Below are positions 19,461-28,347 of a DNA stretch of 32,000 bases, in pieces; positions within the stretch are counted from its first letter, which is position 1; each line of letters starts with the position of its first letter. Source of the DNA: Desulfocapsa sulfexigens DSM 10523 (GTDB lineage Bacteria; Desulfobacterota; Desulfobulbia; Desulfobulbales; Desulfocapsaceae); NCBI RefSeq assembly GCF_000341395.1, contig NC_020304.1:3840001-3872000 (forward strand), given 5' to 3'. Below the pieces are notes generated by a model that made no database searches, was not told where the DNA came from, and saw nothing but the letters and a program-made list of their open reading frames with translations. The position numbers and the translations under genes were made by a program.

Positions 19461-21383
19461 TCAACTCAAATCCGTCAGACGAACCTGAACAACTCCACGA
19501 ACGGAGTTACAGCAGAACAAAGCTGTTGCCCGCTGAAGATCCTCAAAAGTGAGTATTTTCTCCTGAAGCGCAGTAGAGTTTTCCGCCAGAAGTTTACGAC
19601 GCATGGTACCTTCAAGCAGACCGGAAGAAACCGGTGGGGTATAATACTTCCCGTCAAGCCAGACAATACAATTCGAAATGCATCCCTCGGTAAGTTCACC
19701 GCGATCATTCAAAAATACAACATCAAAAAACGATTCTTTCTGTGCCCTGGCAAATTCTTCCTGAAACAAACGCCTCTCACTGGTTTTATGGAAAAACCAG
19801 GGAGAGGAAGAATCCACTATTTTTCCTGAAAGATCGATGCAGGGTAGAGCACTATGGGTCGCCTGTGGATTTTCCGGCAAACAACGCAACAGAGGCATAT
19901 CGCAAGGATGAACAGTTGTTGATACAGTACCATCTTTTGCCAGAGTAAGGCGCGTCCTGAAGCAACTTTTCTGAAATTCTTTTGTGTTTTTAAATGATTG
20001 AAGAGACTCAAGGATATCTTTGCTCGAAAAAACAAAACTAAAATAAACTGCCGTTTTTTCCAACCTGTCAAGGTGATAATCAAGTAGCCAATACCCTTTT
20101 CCAGGCTCCCATAGAAGCGTTTCAATAAGAACAAACTCAGCAACCGGTTTTGTCAGAAAATGGCCCTTCAAGAGGCATTCCTCCCATTCCTGTTCCGGAT
20201 TCGAATCATGTACAATTCCGGAACCAATTCCCATTTCCCCCTTTCCACCTACGATCCGGATAGTACGGATGGGAACATTAAATGCGGCACGACCATCCGG
20301 TGCAAAATACCCTATGGCTCCGGTATACACTCCCCGGGGAGATTCTTCCAGTTCCCGAATGATCTCCATGGTTCGTATTTTTGGTGCACCGGTAACAGAA
20401 CCACATGGAAACAGTGCCTTTAACACATTGCGGATTCCAGCAGTTTGAATAACATTTCGGGCAGTTGTCGCATGAATACTGGAGGTCATCTGCAGCACAC
20501 TCTCATAACGTTCCACATCAAAGAGCGACGTGGTATGCACCCATCCATCACCTGCAAGGTGGCCGAGACGGGCAAGGTCATTGCGCAGCAGATCTACAAT
20601 CATTACATTCTCACTGCGATTCTTAGGATCTTTGCTGAGTAGTTCACAAAACTCCTGATCCTCCTGCAAGTAACGACCACGTCTCATGGTTCCCTTCATG
20701 GGGCATACAGAAATAACCTTCCTGTTCACCCGAAAAAAAAGCTCTGGAGAGAGAGAAAGGATGTATTCCCCACCAAGACGGAGCACAGCACCATAGGCAA
20801 CGGATTGATTGCGGCGAAGACTGCCGTAAAAAGCCTCGGGGGAACCATGAAAATCAAACAGAAGCTTTAGTGTATAATTGACCTGGTAGGTATCACCTGC
20901 TGCGATGTATTCTTTAATCCGGCGAACCGCTTCAAGATAACTTTCTTTTTCCTGACTGAGCGTCAGATTATCCACGCCGAAGCCTGAAGCGATAGGCGCT
21001 GTCTTAAGGCCTGGAAAGCTTGATTCTCCACTTTCATGATTGTACTGGAGCGGTTTCTCAAACACTCCAAAAGATGCCAACAGGACACCCTGCTGACCTT
21101 GTGAAGGGATGACTCCTGCGATTCGTGGTTCCAGCAGATAGCCAAATTCGTACGCTAACCAGCCTGCAAGGTACTTTCCTTCAGCCAATTTATCTTCCAG
21201 TAACGCAACAAAGGCCAGGGGATCATCTCCTGAAAAAAACTCCAGACGGGACTGTGGCCGCAGAAAGAGAAAAGAAGAGCTGTTTTCAGCGTCACAGCGA
21301 GCTGTGTCAAGAAAGACATATTCCTCTTCATTCTGAACAGTTGCAAGTAAATCATCCAATTGTGTCTGTTTCAATGGCCTCAT
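19461..21383 (-). CDS. pabBC: Bifunctional aminodeoxychorismate synthase component I / 4-amino-4-deoxychorismate lyase (PabB-PabC fusion)
   Basis: PabB chorismate-binding motifs (EYILSLSPELFFRV, CPMKGTMRRGR, SVLQMTSSIHAT, PCGSVTGAPKIRTMEII, YTGAIGYFAPDG) followed by a PabC/aminotransferase class IV region (FLNDRGELTEGCISNCIVWLDGKYYTPPVSSGLLEGTMRRKL). Confidence 0.93.
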   Translation of the reverse strand: MRPLKQTQLDDLLATVQNEEEYVFLDTARCDAENSSSFLFLRPQSRLEFFSGDDPLAFVALLEDKLAEGKYLAGWLAYEFGYLLEPRIAGVIPSQGQQGVLLASFGVFEKPLQYNHESGESSFPGLKTAPIASGFGVDNLTLSQEKESYLEAVRRIKEYIAAGDTYQVNYTLKLLFDFHGSPEAFYGSLRRNQSVAYGAVLRLGGEYILSLSPELFFRVNRKVISVCPMKGTMRRGRYLQEDQEFCELLSKDPKNRSENVMIVDLLRNDLARLGHLAGDGWVHTTSLFDVERYESVLQMTSSIHATTARNVIQTAGIRNVLKALFPCGSVTGAPKIRTMEIIRELEESPRGVYTGAIGYFAPDGRAAFNVPIRTIRIVGGKGEMGIGSGIVHDSNPEQEWEECLLKGHFLTKPVAEFVLIETLLWEPGKGYWLLDYHLDRLEKTAVYFSFVFSSKDILESLQSFKNTKEFQKSCFRTRLTLAKDGTVSTTVHPCDMPLLRCLPENPQATHSALPCIDLSGKIVDSSSPWFFHKTSERRLFQEEFARAQKESFFDVVFLNDRGELTEGCISNCIVWLDGKYYTPPVSSGLLEGTMRRKLLAENSTALQEKILTFEDLQRATALFCCNSVRGVVQVRLTDLS

Positions 21384-21623
21384 CCACCCTCTTCTATCAA
21401 TTCAAGGTGGAATTACCAAGTAAAAAAACCACCTTCGGTTCAAGAATCCTGCTCTTCAACGAAGATTCAATCTCTTCTTGCGTCACAATAAAAAATATTC
21501 TATATTAAGAAATTCTGCTTTGCTTTATATAATCCAATACACGTTATTAATCAGCCACGAGAGGCTTTCAGCCTTTAACGCTGCCATTACATCTTTTTCA
21601 CCTGCATTTAACAGGGAGGCCCT

Positions 21624-22307
21624 ATGCTAATTAAGGACTGGATGGCTACCACTATACTTACAGTGGATGCCAACACATCGGTTATGCGAGCCGGACGAAC
21701 AATGAAAGACAATAACATCAGGCGATTACCCGTTGTCTCTCAAGGAAAGCTAGCGGGTATCATTACCGATCGTGACCTGAAAGAGGCATCACCATCATCA
21801 AAAACAGACATGGATATGCATGAAATGTATTATCTTCTTTCTGAAATGAAGGTTAAAGATGTCATGACTGCTGCTCCCATTCGTTTAAGCATGGATGATA
21901 CGCTTGAAAAAGCAGCTCTCGTCATGTTGAATGAAAAAATTTCCGGTCTGGTCATTGTTGATGATGAAGAAAATCTTGTAGGACTTCTCTCCGAGTCCGA
22001 TGTCCTTCGCGGCTTTATTCATGCCACAGGTATTCAGGACGGAGCCTTTCAGATTGTCATGGATATGTCCGACGTTGGAGGGTCAGTCTCCCAGCTTATC
22101 GATGTCCTCCGTCAGAATCGCGCCAGAGTTCTTTCCATCCTCACTTCATTTGATGACGCCCCTGCCGGATCAAAACGTGTATCTGTTCGCATCATGCCCT
22201 ACAACGGGGAAGTTGATGATCTTGTGAAAGAACTTGAGGCAATGGAAGGCTACAGCATCGTCAGCCAGGGAATTGATGATCTGAAAAATTTACCCCGAAA
22301 ACAATAA
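21624..22307 (+). CDS. Two CBS domains plus C-terminal ACT-like domain (AcuB-like)
   Basis: VKDWM-type start IKDWMATTILTV..AGRTMKDNNIRRLPVV..GIITDRDL; VKDVMTAAPIRL..GLVIVDDEENLVGLLSESDVLR; ACT-like tail SVSQLIDVLRQNRARVLSILTS. Confidence 0.88.
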   Translation: MLIKDWMATTILTVDANTSVMRAGRTMKDNNIRRLPVVSQGKLAGIITDRDLKEASPSSKTDMDMHEMYYLLSEMKVKDVMTAAPIRLSMDDTLEKAALVMLNEKISGLVIVDDEENLVGLLSESDVLRGFIHATGIQDGAFQIVMDMSDVGGSVSQLIDVLRQNRARVLSILTSFDDAPAGSKRVSVRIMPYNGEVDDLVKELEAMEGYSIVSQGIDDLKNLPRKQ

Positions 22308-22357
22308 TCACACACAAAACATAAACAGTAACAATAAACAACAAAGGAGATTTACCT

Positions 22358-25300
22358 ATGTCGAGAAAAATGGTCACAATTGATGGCAATCAGGCCTGTA
22401 CCCATGTAGCCTACGCCACAAGTGAAGTTATCACAATCTACCCCATCACGCCTTCTTCACCCATGGCCGCCGAGGCAGATACAAAAGCTACAGGAAAACA
22501 GGAAAACATCTGGGGTTCCATTCCCGTTGTAACCCAGATGCAGTCTGAGGGTGGAGTTGCAGGCTCTCTGCATGGCTCTCTTGCCACGGGCGTATTGTGT
22601 ACCACCTTTACCGCCTCTCAGGGTCTCCTCCTGATGATCCCTAATATGTACAAGATTGCCGGTGAGCTTACCCCCACCGTCTTCCATGTAACAGCTCGTT
22701 CCATCGCAGCTCAGGGACTCTCCATTTTCGGTGATCATGCTGATATTTATGCGGCTCGTCAGACCGGTTGGGGCATGCTCTGTTCCCAGAACGTTCAGGA
22801 ATGTATGGATATGGCCCTGATATCCACCCAGGTATCACTTGCTTCCCGTATCCCCTTTGTTCACTTTTTTGATGGTTTCCGTACCTCCCACGAGATCCAG
22901 AAGATTGAAGAACTCACCTATGACGACATGACTGCAATGATAGATGAAGACAATATCATTGCCCATCGTAAGCGTGCTCTCTCTCCTGACCATCCGACAA
23001 TACGTGGTACTGCACAAAATCCAGATGTTTATTTCACTGGCCGTGAGACCGTTAATCCATTCTACGCAGCCACTCCAAAAATTGTCCAGGATACCATGGA
23101 CAAATTTGCCGGCCTCACCGGACGTCAGTATCATCTCTTTGATTACTACGGATCCCCCGATGCAACAGATGTTATTGTCATGATGGCCTCTGGTTGTGAG
23201 ACCGTGTCTGCCACCATCGACCATCTTGTCAGCGAAGGAAAAAATGTTGGTCTGGTAATTGTTCGTCTCTTCAGACCTTTCGACTGCAAGGCAATGGTAA
23301 ATGCTCTGCCTTCATCCGTTGAGCGCATCACCGTAATGGACAGAACAAAAGAGCCAGGATCTGCAGGCGAGCCTCTTTATCTTGACGTTCGTGCAGCAGT
23401 TGGTGAGGCCACCGAATCAAACAGTGCAGCCTACCAGCCACTGATTCTTTCAGGTCGTTATGGACTTGGCTCTGCCGAGTTCACCCCCGCCATGGTCAAA
23501 GCAATCTATGACAACATGGCAGCAATGGCCCCTAAAAACCACTTCTGTGTTGGTCCAAATGATGATGTCGCCGGAACCAGTCTTAATTATGACGTCAACT
23601 ACTCAATAGAAGGTGACGATGTCTATCGTGCCATGTTCTATGGTTTAGGATCCGATGGTACCGTTGGAGCAAACAAAAATACTATTAAAATTATCGGCAC
23701 CGAGACCGATAACTCTGCTCAGGGATATTTTGTTTATGACTCAAAAAAATCCGGCTCCATCACTACATCTCACCTGAGATTTGGTAAAAACCGGGTTGTT
23801 GCTCCCTACCTTATCAACAAGGCCAACTTTATCGCCTGTCATAACTTCACCTTCCTTGACCAGTATGACATGCTTCGCAATCTTGACCAGGGTGGTACAT
23901 TTCTCCTTACCACCACATTCGATGCCAAACAGATCTGGAAAGAGTTACCAGGGAAAGTCCAGAAAGATCTGATCGACAAAAAAGCACAGTTCTATATCAT
24001 AGATGCTCTTTCTCTTGGTATAGCCCTCGGTCTTGGCGCCCGCATCAATATGATCATGCAGACCGCTTTCTTCCTGATCTCTGGAATTATTACTGAGAAA
24101 GAGGCAATCGCTGCGATCAAAACGGCCATCAAGAAAACCTATGGCAAAAAAGGCGACAAGATAGTCAATATGAACTACGACGCCGTTGATGCTGCTGTGA
24201 AAAACATTGTTAAAGTAAAACTGTTAAAATCCACCAGCGGTCACGAGATGCCTCCAACCGTTCCTGCTACTGCGCCTGACTTCGTCAAGAATGTTACCGC
24301 CAAGATGATCGAAGGAAAAGGTGATCAGGTTAAAGTTTCCGAAATGCCAAATGATGGTACCTGGCCAACAGGCACCACCCAGTACGAGAAGCGCAACATT
24401 GGTGTTAACGTACCGGAATGGCTTGAGGAAAACTGCATTCAATGTGGCCAGTGTTCTCTTGTATGCCCCCATGCAGCCATTCGTATGAAAATTGGCAAAA
24501 TGGTTAAGGCTCCCAAGGGTTTCAAAACAATTCCTGCTGTTGGTAAGGCCTTCAAAGGGTCCAAGTTTGCCATTCAGGTATTTACTCAGGATTGCTGTTC
24601 CTGTACCCAATGTATGGATGTCTGCCCTGGAACAAAAGGCGTTAAAGCACTGCAGATGGTTCCAAACTCTGACAAGATCCGCGCAGCCCAGGCCAAGAAC
24701 GTAGAGTATTTTCTTGCTCAACCCGAGGTTTCTCCAGCTGATGTTAACCCTGCAACAATCAAGGGAAGCCAGCTTCTTCGCCCACTGTTCGAGTTCTCCG
24801 GTGCCTGTGCCGGCTGTGGTGAGACCCCATACATCAAACTTGTTACTCAGATGTTTGGTGACAGAATGCTGATTGCCAATGCAACCGGTTGTTCTTCAAT
24901 CTATGGTGGCAACCTGCCAACAACTCCTTACTGCAAACGTGAAGACGGACGGGGACCCGCCTGGGCCAACTCTCTTTTCGAGGATAATGCGGAATTTGGT
25001 CTTGGCATGCGTGCTTCAGTAAACAAACTTGGTTCCCAAGCTGTGGAACTGATGGATAAAGCAGTTGCTGAAAAACTGATCACCAAAAAAGTGGCGACAG
25101 ATATCATCAGTGCTCCTCAAAAAAGCCAGACCGAAATAGAGGCACAACGCGACCGTGTCGGTAAACTGAAAGCCACACTTGCTGCTGCAGGCGATAACGT
25201 TATCGCCAAACGTCTACTGGGCTGCGCCGATTACCTGGTGAAGAAATCAGTATGGATCTTCGGTGGTGACGGTTGGGCATATGACATCGGATACGGCGGA

Positions 25301-25900
25301 CTGGATCACGTACTTGCCTCGGGCGAGAATGTAAACGTTATGATTCTTGACACCGAGGTGTATTCCAACACCGGTGGCCAGATGTCTAAATCCACTCCTC
25401 GTGCCGCCACTGCCCAGTTTGCAGCAGGTGGTAAGAAGATGCCCAAGAAAGATATCGGGATGATTTTCTCTACATACGGCAACGTATATGTGGCAAAAAT
25501 CTCCATGGGTGCCAATCCCACTCAGGTTGCCAAGGCAATTGCAGAGGCTGAAGCATATGATGGACCATCTTTGATTATTGCCTACTCACACTGCATCAAT
25601 CATGGCATCAACATGACTCAGGGCCTGCATCAGCAGAAGAAGGCAGTTGCATGTGGTCACTGGCCACTTTACCGCTTCAATCCTGAGCTGGAAGAAGCTG
25701 GTAAAAATCCTCTCTCCATTGACTCCAAAGAGCCTACAATGACTTTTGAAGAGTATGCAATGGGCGAGAATCGCTACCGTATGCTGAAGATGATGAACCC
25801 CGAGCACGCTGATGAACTCATGGCTCAGTCTCAGAAAGATGTTACTAAGAGCTGGAAGTTTCTTCAGGCCAGAGCAGCATCCCTGGATCCTGAGAAGTAA
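22358..25900 (+). CDS. nifJ: Pyruvate:ferredoxin (flavodoxin) oxidoreductase, single-chain homodimeric type
   Basis: 1180 aa; N-terminal MVTIDGNQACTHVAYATSEVITIYPITPSSPMAAEAD, two 4Fe-4S motifs (CIQCGQCSLVCPHAAI; CCSCTQCMDVCPG), TPP domain (CAGCGETPYIKL, WANSLFEDNAEFGLGM, GGDGWAYDIGYGGLDHVLASGENVNVMILDTEVYSNTGGQMSKSTPR). Confidence 0.97.
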   Translation: MSRKMVTIDGNQACTHVAYATSEVITIYPITPSSPMAAEADTKATGKQENIWGSIPVVTQMQSEGGVAGSLHGSLATGVLCTTFTASQGLLLMIPNMYKIAGELTPTVFHVTARSIAAQGLSIFGDHADIYAARQTGWGMLCSQNVQECMDMALISTQVSLASRIPFVHFFDGFRTSHEIQKIEELTYDDMTAMIDEDNIIAHRKRALSPDHPTIRGTAQNPDVYFTGRETVNPFYAATPKIVQDTMDKFAGLTGRQYHLFDYYGSPDATDVIVMMASGCETVSATIDHLVSEGKNVGLVIVRLFRPFDCKAMVNALPSSVERITVMDRTKEPGSAGEPLYLDVRAAVGEATESNSAAYQPLILSGRYGLGSAEFTPAMVKAIYDNMAAMAPKNHFCVGPNDDVAGTSLNYDVNYSIEGDDVYRAMFYGLGSDGTVGANKNTIKIIGTETDNSAQGYFVYDSKKSGSITTSHLRFGKNRVVAPYLINKANFIACHNFTFLDQYDMLRNLDQGGTFLLTTTFDAKQIWKELPGKVQKDLIDKKAQFYIIDALSLGIALGLGARINMIMQTAFFLISGIITEKEAIAAIKTAIKKTYGKKGDKIVNMNYDAVDAAVKNIVKVKLLKSTSGHEMPPTVPATAPDFVKNVTAKMIEGKGDQVKVSEMPNDGTWPTGTTQYEKRNIGVNVPEWLEENCIQCGQCSLVCPHAAIRMKIGKMVKAPKGFKTIPAVGKAFKGSKFAIQVFTQDCCSCTQCMDVCPGTKGVKALQMVPNSDKIRAAQAKNVEYFLAQPEVSPADVNPATIKGSQLLRPLFEFSGACAGCGETPYIKLVTQMFGDRMLIANATGCSSIYGGNLPTTPYCKREDGRGPAWANSLFEDNAEFGLGMRASVNKLGSQAVELMDKAVAEKLITKKVATDIISAPQKSQTEIEAQRDRVGKLKATLAAAGDNVIAKRLLGCADYLVKKSVWIFGGDGWAYDIGYGGLDHVLASGENVNVMILDTEVYSNTGGQMSKSTPRAATAQFAAGGKKMPKKDIGMIFSTYGNVYVAKISMGANPTQVAKAIAEAEAYDGPSLIIAYSHCINHGINMTQGLHQQKKAVACGHWPLYRFNPELEEAGKNPLSIDSKEPTMTFEEYAMGENRYRMLKMMNPEHADELMAQSQKDVTKSWKFLQARAASLDPEK

Positions 25901-25920
25901 CAGTTCAACGGTTACCCATT

Positions 25921-25981
25921 TTTGTTCGTTTCAGTCTTGGCGCATAGCTTCAACTATCGCGCCAAAACAGAAACGAACGAA
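25921..25981 (+). other. Long imperfect hairpin immediately 3' of the pyruvate:ferredoxin oxidoreductase gene
   Basis: GTTCGTTTC(25924-25932)/GAAACGAAC(25970-25978), inner TTGGCGC(25937-25943)/GCGCCAA(25959-25965), apical ATAG/CTAT around CTTCAA; G-C and T-A pairs within the internal loop. Confidence 0.7.
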
Positions 25982-26013
25982 TCTGTGCCACTGTACAAAA
26001 TTTGAGATAAAAC

Positions 26014-26057
26014 AAAAAAAAGGGCCCTGGAAGAATTCTTCCAGGGCCCTTTTTTTT
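26014..26057. terminator. Strong bidirectional intrinsic terminator
   Basis: Perfect 44-nt palindrome aaaaaaaagggccctggaagaattcttccagggcccttttttttt-type with A-run left and T-run right, lying between convergent genes ending at 25900 (+) and 26104 (-). Confidence 0.9.
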
Positions 26058-26103
26058 ATTATTTAGATCGCCACGCAGCGATTGACGTGCTGGGAACTAT
26101 TTT

Positions 26104-27054
26104 TTACAGATCAGGGTCAACTTCCTCGCCCCTGGCCTTCTTGATTTCCTTATACGCATTGACAGAGTTAGTAACAGAATCATCCTGACGCTGCTTAATT
26201 TCTTTCACTTTTTCCTGAATCTTATCCTCTCTGATAGAGAGACCTTCAGCACCAAAAAGAGCATTGGCCAGATATTTGAAAGAAAAAAGCATCAACTCCA
26301 CATCATCGGACTTGATCTTCTTGAGTGTCTCGTCATCAATTATGTAAGTATCGAGAAATGAACTCTCAAGAACAAACCTGCGAAAATGATCAAGATCGGT
26401 GGAAGCCATAAAGAACATTCTTTTTGCCTGTTCTGAAAGTGATGCCTGATGACCAAATGATTTACGACGCATAACCAGTCGTAACCAATCCTTATTCATT
26501 TCATCACGAACATCGACTCCCTGATCAGCACGCCATTCGGCAACAGTCCATTCCTTGTCTTCTTGAAAGCCCTTACAGTGATCCTCCTTCACAATAAAGA
26601 AAAACTTTTCTTCATCTTTGTGATCGGCCCCGGCCCCCATTGATCCCTGCCCCTCATGGAAATCAGCCATTCCAACGGGATAATATCGGCAGGCTGACGG
26701 ACGATCCGTGTAAACCGTACACCCTTCAGGGGTAACAAAAGGACATTTATTATCATCCTCACGAAGTTTCAAGGCAACACCCGGCATATCTGTCTGCTCA
26801 AGATATACAGGGGTTGTATATTTCTGAAGAAATTCATGAGCTGGAACATCCAACCGCTTTTTAAGCATCAAAATATCATAGGGAGTTAAAATAATCTTGA
26901 TACCACCACAACAGGCAGTGAAACATTCTACCCCTGGATGACAACGAAATTTGATTTTTGACTCTAAAGTTAATTTCTTCGGAAGAATATTAGAAGGGTT
27001 GAGTCCCTTACCAAACAACGTTTTTTCCTTACCTGACATATCCTGCTCGCTCAT
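26104..27054 (-). CDS. YkgJ-family (CxxxCxxCC-type) putative Fe-S cysteine-cluster protein
   Basis: FRCHPGVECFTACCGGIKIILTPYDILMLKKRL and DNKCPFVTPEGCTVYTDRPSACRYYPVG. Confidence 0.85.
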   Translation of the reverse strand: MSEQDMSGKEKTLFGKGLNPSNILPKKLTLESKIKFRCHPGVECFTACCGGIKIILTPYDILMLKKRLDVPAHEFLQKYTTPVYLEQTDMPGVALKLREDDNKCPFVTPEGCTVYTDRPSACRYYPVGMADFHEGQGSMGAGADHKDEEKFFFIVKEDHCKGFQEDKEWTVAEWRADQGVDVRDEMNKDWLRLVMRRKSFGHQASLSEQAKRMFFMASTDLDHFRRFVLESSFLDTYIIDDETLKKIKSDDVELMLFSFKYLANALFGAEGLSIREDKIQEKVKEIKQRQDDSVTNSVNAYKEIKKARGEEVDPDL

Positions 27055-27293
27055 TCAAACACCTTTTATTCGTTAATTGTATCGTTATATCTCTTACTAG
27101 AGAATGAATTCATATTCATTGAAACTGACATAGTAAACACATAGCAGGTCAGTGTCAAACCTATTTCCCACAAGGATTTTGGCATTTCAGATTATCCTTA
27201 ACTTTTAATTCAAATTTCTTGCGGTTTAACTCAAAGATACGTATAGTCGATCTCTACAATTTACTTTTATTCTTTTACATTCGGATATAGTGC

Positions 27294-27488
27294 ATGAAAC
27301 TTTTCGTTCGTCCCGTAGATTTCACCAGAGTACATACTCTGGTTTACCACCTTCCAGAAGGCCCAAGCGTTTCCCTGCCCCCAGAGGGAATCGAAGAGTT
27401 CCTTGAAATGGAACTGAATAATGGCCATATTTGCGACACATCAGATATTGATGGTGTTATTCATTTATTTCCAAAGGGAAATGCCTGA
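27294..27488 (+). CDS. Small hypothetical protein (64 aa)
   Basis: Isolated short ORF in an intergenic region upstream of the PHP gene; no family recognised. Confidence 0.4.
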   Translation: MKLFVRPVDFTRVHTLVYHLPEGPSVSLPPEGIEEFLEMELNNGHICDTSDIDGVIHLFPKGNA

Positions 27489-27512
27489 TTCTTCTTTATC
27501 TCTTTCTCTTCC

Positions 27513-28310
27513 ATGACCAGTCCGCTGCCAGGTGAACTGACATTCCACTCGGATGGACACATTCACACAAAGTATTGCCACCACGCTAAAGGTGAAATGG
27601 AAGAATATGTTCTCAGTGGAATTGCGGCCGGGCTTGATGAAATTGTGTTCCTTGAGCACATGGAGGCAGGGGTAAGCTATTTTGAAAAAACCTGGCTCAC
27701 TGAAGATGATTTTGATCTCTATTTTTCTGAGGGACAACGACTTCAGAAAAAGTTTAAAAAGCGTATCCGAATATCACTCGGAGTTGAAGTAGGTTACAGC
27801 CCAAGTCACGGAGAAGAGCTGCTGAAGCGCTTAGAACGGAGAAACTGGGATAGGGTTGGAGTTTCCTATCATTTTATGCCGGTTCCCGAAAAGGAACACC
27901 ACCTGAACCTGGTAAGCCGTAAAGAGTCAAACATTCTTGCCATTGAAGCAGGTGGCTGTCACAAAATTCTTTGCGAATATTTCTCCACCCTGACCGAGGC
28001 GGTTGAATTCCTCCCCGGCACAGTCCTCTGCCACCTGGATGCCGCACTTCGCTTCCAGCCGGGAATCACAATAGACAACAGCTACAGAAACCAGATACAG
28101 AAACTTCTTGGTGCGGTAAAAAAGAAGGGGATGGCTCTGGAAGTGAATACCTCAGGGTTCAGCATCAGGGGGACTCCTTTTCCGGCTCCTTTTATCATAA
28201 GAGAAGCACTTGCCTTGAAGATCCCCCTGCTAGCGGGGTCTGACGCCCACAAACCTGAAGATGTGGGAAGAAATTTTAATTTGCTGGAGAAATATCTCCA
28301 AACCATCTAA
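27513..28310 (+). CDS. PHP-domain phosphoesterase, histidinol-phosphatase-like
   Basis: HSDGHIHTKYCHHAKGEMEEYVLSGIAAGLDEIVFLEH, ISLGVEVGYSPSHGEEL, LEVNTSGFSIRG, PLLAGSDAHKPEDVGRNF match PHP metal-binding motifs. Confidence 0.85.
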   Translation: MTSPLPGELTFHSDGHIHTKYCHHAKGEMEEYVLSGIAAGLDEIVFLEHMEAGVSYFEKTWLTEDDFDLYFSEGQRLQKKFKKRIRISLGVEVGYSPSHGEELLKRLERRNWDRVGVSYHFMPVPEKEHHLNLVSRKESNILAIEAGGCHKILCEYFSTLTEAVEFLPGTVLCHLDAALRFQPGITIDNSYRNQIQKLLGAVKKKGMALEVNTSGFSIRGTPFPAPFIIREALALKIPLLAGSDAHKPEDVGRNFNLLEKYLQTI

Positions 28311-28347
28311 CTGACTTTTTTCCAGCAGCCGTTTTCTTACTGAATGC

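Noticed and set aside
21404-21435. Inverted repeat AAGGTGG...CCACCTT upstream of the PabB-PabC gene
   Set aside because: 7-bp stem with an 18-nt loop and no U-tract or clear regulatory position; consistent with chance.
24224-24721. 165-aa minus-strand ORF (with 22835..23224 and others nearby)
   Set aside because: Antisense to the pyruvate:ferredoxin oxidoreductase gene; codon-bias shadows of a highly expressed gene.
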